From: an uncultured Thermoplasmatales archaeon
GTDB taxonomy: Archaea > Thermoplasmatota > Thermoplasmata > Thermoplasmatales > GCA-001856825
NCBI GenBank assembly: GCA_964389625.1
Contig: CAYMEF010000001.1
Span: 5,880 to 69,879, forward strand
Direction of reading: 5' to 3'
Length of the DNA: 64,000 nt
Position numbers and translations under genes: made by a program. The notes below the pieces were generated by a model. That model made no database searches and was not told where the DNA came from. It saw only the letters and a program-made list of their open reading frames with translations. Of this stretch, positions 63,929 through 64,000 are shown one piece after another (position 1 is the stretch's first letter; the number at the start of each line of letters is the position of its first letter).

Positions 63929-64000
63929 ATGGCGGTTGTAGGAAACCTGTCGAACGAACAAGCAATCTCTGCGTACAAGACCGCTGTACTGGCACGCACG
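63929..64000 (+). CDS. 5' end of a CDS running off the window, possibly 2-oxoacid dehydrogenase E1 alpha
   Basis: ATG 63929, 3 nt after the lipA stop: MAVVGNLSNEQAISAYKTAVLART. The assignment rests only on context and a weak N-terminal pattern. Confidence 0.3.
   Translation, partial: MAVVGNLSNEQAISAYKTAVLART

Noticed and set aside
1-64000. CRISPR arrays, transposases or IS elements, toxin-antitoxin pairs and known defence-system genes.
   Set aside because: No direct-repeat/spacer periodicity was found and no ORF has the corresponding motifs. The only repeat structures seen are the pan decamers and short promoter motifs.

Overview
This is a dense archaeal chromosomal window. Thermosome, PAN, fibrillarin, a Sec11-type signal peptidase, gyrase and many apparently leaderless genes point to a Thermoplasmata-like euryarchaeon; I cannot name the species. 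About 60 genes are supported. Housekeeping genes: gyrB-gyrA, thermosome, mvk, flpA, pan, lipA, tRNA-Thr, pntAA-pntAB-pntB. The rest is dominated by amino-acid and amine uptake and catabolism: 3 APC permeases, NCS1, SSS and MFS carriers, an Opp/Dpp-type ABC importer, 5 aminotransferases, 4 aldehyde dehydrogenases plus a hisD-family dehydrogenase, and at least 3 Lrp/AsnC regulators. I found no CRISPR array, transposase, prophage or recognisable defence system.

Most notable observations:
1. The coiled-coil coding region of pan has no in-frame ATG/GTG/TTG. It is separated from a well-placed, apparently leaderless GTG by three imperfect tandem 10-mers, and removing one unit restores the frame.
2. 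gyrA carries a 168-aa mini-intein between GNFG and SIDGD, which is not the mycobacterial gyrA intein site.
3. The 1.27-kb apparently gene-free gap between pan and the NCS1 permease holds decayed plus-strand relics of methionine-salvage genes. One is an mtnB-like class II aldolase with one or more frameshifts and three in-frame stops. The other is a 5'-deleted mtnC-like enolase-phosphatase that keeps the ESESYRKIA motif.
4. A 17-kb divergently organised island (28.4-45.8 kb) combines a split ABC importer, a saccharopine-dehydrogenase-family enzyme, three class-III aminotransferases and three aldehyde dehydrogenases. I interpret it, as inference only, as a polyamine / omega-amino-acid (or lysine) catabolic supercluster.
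5. Two diverged paralogous modules pair a cyclase-family (KynB-like) amidohydrolase with an APC permease, with a KAT/AadAT-like aminotransferase between them.

Several ORF-track N-termini were re-called from TATA-box spacing. All family assignments come from motifs I recognised by eye; no database search was run.
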